A stretch of DNA of 64,000 nucleotides from Ginglymostoma cirratum (lineage: Eukaryota), in contig JAHRHZ010000139.1 of assembly GCA_024137785.1 (NCBI GenBank), forward strand, positions 36,479,069 through 36,543,068, given 5' to 3'. Positions 62,220 through 64,000 of the stretch are shown piece by piece. The position numbers were made by a program, and so were the translations under genes. Below the pieces are notes generated by a model. It saw only the letters and a program-made list of their open reading frames with translations. It searched no databases and was not told the origin of the DNA. Each line of letters starts with the position of its first letter. Position 1 is the first letter of the stretch.

Positions 62220-62580
62220 AACAGTGCCTCATTTTTAAAAATTCTCATGCCTATTTACAAATTCTCAATGACCATGATCCCCTCAATAATTTTATCCACC
62301 CCTACAACTGGAGATTTCTGCATTCCTCTAATTCTGACCTCCTGAGGTTCCCTGATTTGAAATGCTCCAATTCTGTTGACCATGACTGCTGCTTGGTGGG
62401 GCCCTAATTCCTGGAATTTGTTCCTTAAATCTCATCAGCTCTCTACATCTCTTAACTTCTTTCAGTTTTTGACTTAAATTATTTTGTGTGGCTTTGTGAA
62501 ATTTTGTTTTACAACACTCCTGTGAAGTGCTTTGGGACTTTTCATTAATTGCAGGGCTTATGTAAATACAAATTGTTATT
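62220..62580 (+). mobile_element. L2-type LINE 3' end remnant
   Basis: CTGGAATT..TTCCTTAAATCTC and CTCCTGTGAAGTGCTTTGGGAC...TAAATACAA tail. Confidence 0.6.
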
Positions 62581-64000
62581 CCAAAATGTGACACCAAATA
62601 TGGATTTCCAAAGCTGGCAAACAGGGATGTTATGCTTTCCCAAAGATTAGATCATTTTGAAATGTGTAGTGAAGCTAATTGATGCATTTTGTCTTTGATG
62701 AAAGTATTTCATTCTGGACAGAAAAGATTCAGGACAGAAGAGCTCTGCTTTGTTTTTAAAAAATCATACAATGTTACAGAATGGCCATATAGCAGAGCAT
62801 GGTTCTAATGCAAGTAAATTGAGAAATGGTAGCTACAGTAATTTGGATGGAAGTAATATTTATAGTAATCCCTGTTCATGTATTGTTTGAACTTATTTAC
62901 TTTTGGTGTAATAAAGTTTTGCCAAAAATATCTGAATAAACTTGGTACTTGATACGCCAGATAAATTTGGAAATTTAAAAATCTGGCTCTTTTGCAAGAA
63001 AGCAGTTAATTACTCATTTGGGGAGGTATGTCAGACTGGGTGATGTGCTGAATGATATACCCCAGGTTTCCCTTTTGTTGAAATTTACATAAATTACATG
63101 AATTTAGAAACTATAGATGGACTTGGGAAAAATTTTAGTTTTGAAATTTGAACAACTGAAATGGTTTGAACCTGTTTAGAAAATGGAAACAACTAAAATA
63201 TGTTGCATGCCATGCATTGTGGTATTTGGAACAGGAATCTGAGGACAATGTTGATTGACTTGATAGAGAAGAGTGTTCAGACGGTTGAAGTGCCAGGCAA
63301 GTGCAGAACTGACAAATGAAATAAATGTACTCTGTCCATCATCACTGCCAGTGGTCAATAACCTAAGCAGTGTATTCAACACAGTGAGAAGCCGTGATTT
63401 TGAAGAAGTCGGGCAATTGTGCCATAAGCCTATTTCTGACTTGCACTTCCCCTTCAATATTTTTTCATAGGGTTAACTCTTACGCCCCCAAAGATCTGAG
63501 GCCTTTCTGAAACTGAACCAGGCTACACTTTTAAAACTATAATTGTGTTTTGGTTACTAAGTCCTAGCAATAATGCAGACAATACTAAATTTAATAATCA
63601 GAAAATTTAAGTTCAGACGAAAAATTGAATTCAGTCTTCAGTCTTGGAAACCGGTGAATGAGTAGGAACTGAATATATGGAATATAAAATGTTGATCAGA
63701 AGTGCTAGCATGATTGCTGGAAAAGGGAATATGTAATTCTTAAAGACTGACATCAGAAAGCAATTCTTCAGATGAACTTTTATATCTGCAATACTGTTCA
63801 GAAGTGCGGCAGTGTTGCACATCAGTTCAAGGGAAACAAGTTATGTATAGTCCCTTATCAGTATGTACTTTAGTGATAAGGCAGATGGAGTAATTTCAAA
63901 TTGAAGTGCCGTTGTCTATTGGATCAACCTTCCTCATATTTTCATGTATGAGAGTAGCAGAGGAGTGTTATTGAGTTAGTGATCCAGTGACACTCATTCC

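Noticed and set aside
63176-63822. Minus-strand ORFs of 93 and 63 aa as a convergent gene
   Set aside because: Bounded by stops, with no clear splice sites or recognisable domain; more likely UTR or intergenic.
1-64000. CRISPR array, operons or other prokaryotic systems
   Set aside because: The sequence is a spliced vertebrate locus; no regularly spaced repeat-spacer array was seen.

Overview
Vertebrate genomic DNA, AT-rich and repeat-rich. The repeat types (HE1/V-SINE, CR1-type LINEs, DeuSINE, palindromic Penelope-type repeats) suggest a shark, possibly orectolobiform; this is inference. The window is dominated by one intact + strand gene of 11 coding exons (1683-60890, 1188 nt, 395 aa by my manual splicing). 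It encodes a DUSP11/PIR1-family RNA 5'-phosphatase-like protein with a long low-complexity C-terminus. Its catalytic loop reads HCTGGINRTG instead of the canonical HCTHGxNRTG, and the residue aligned to human Arg192 is also Gly, so it looks like a functionally diverged DUSP11 paralog. The introns contain many CR1/L2 LINE fragments, tRNA-derived SINEs and a decayed Ty3/Gypsy element. They also contain several families of short palindromic, often TSD-flanked insertions carrying minimal hammerhead-ribozyme cores (CUGANGA-stem-GAAA-NUH), as known from Penelope-like elements. Other points of note are a perfect 79-bp direct repeat bracketing the catalytic exon and a cluster of strong 5' splice sites with a frame-compatible alternative first exon. 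Two 400-N gaps both abut the palindromic elements. Repeat boundaries and family names are by eye and approximate.
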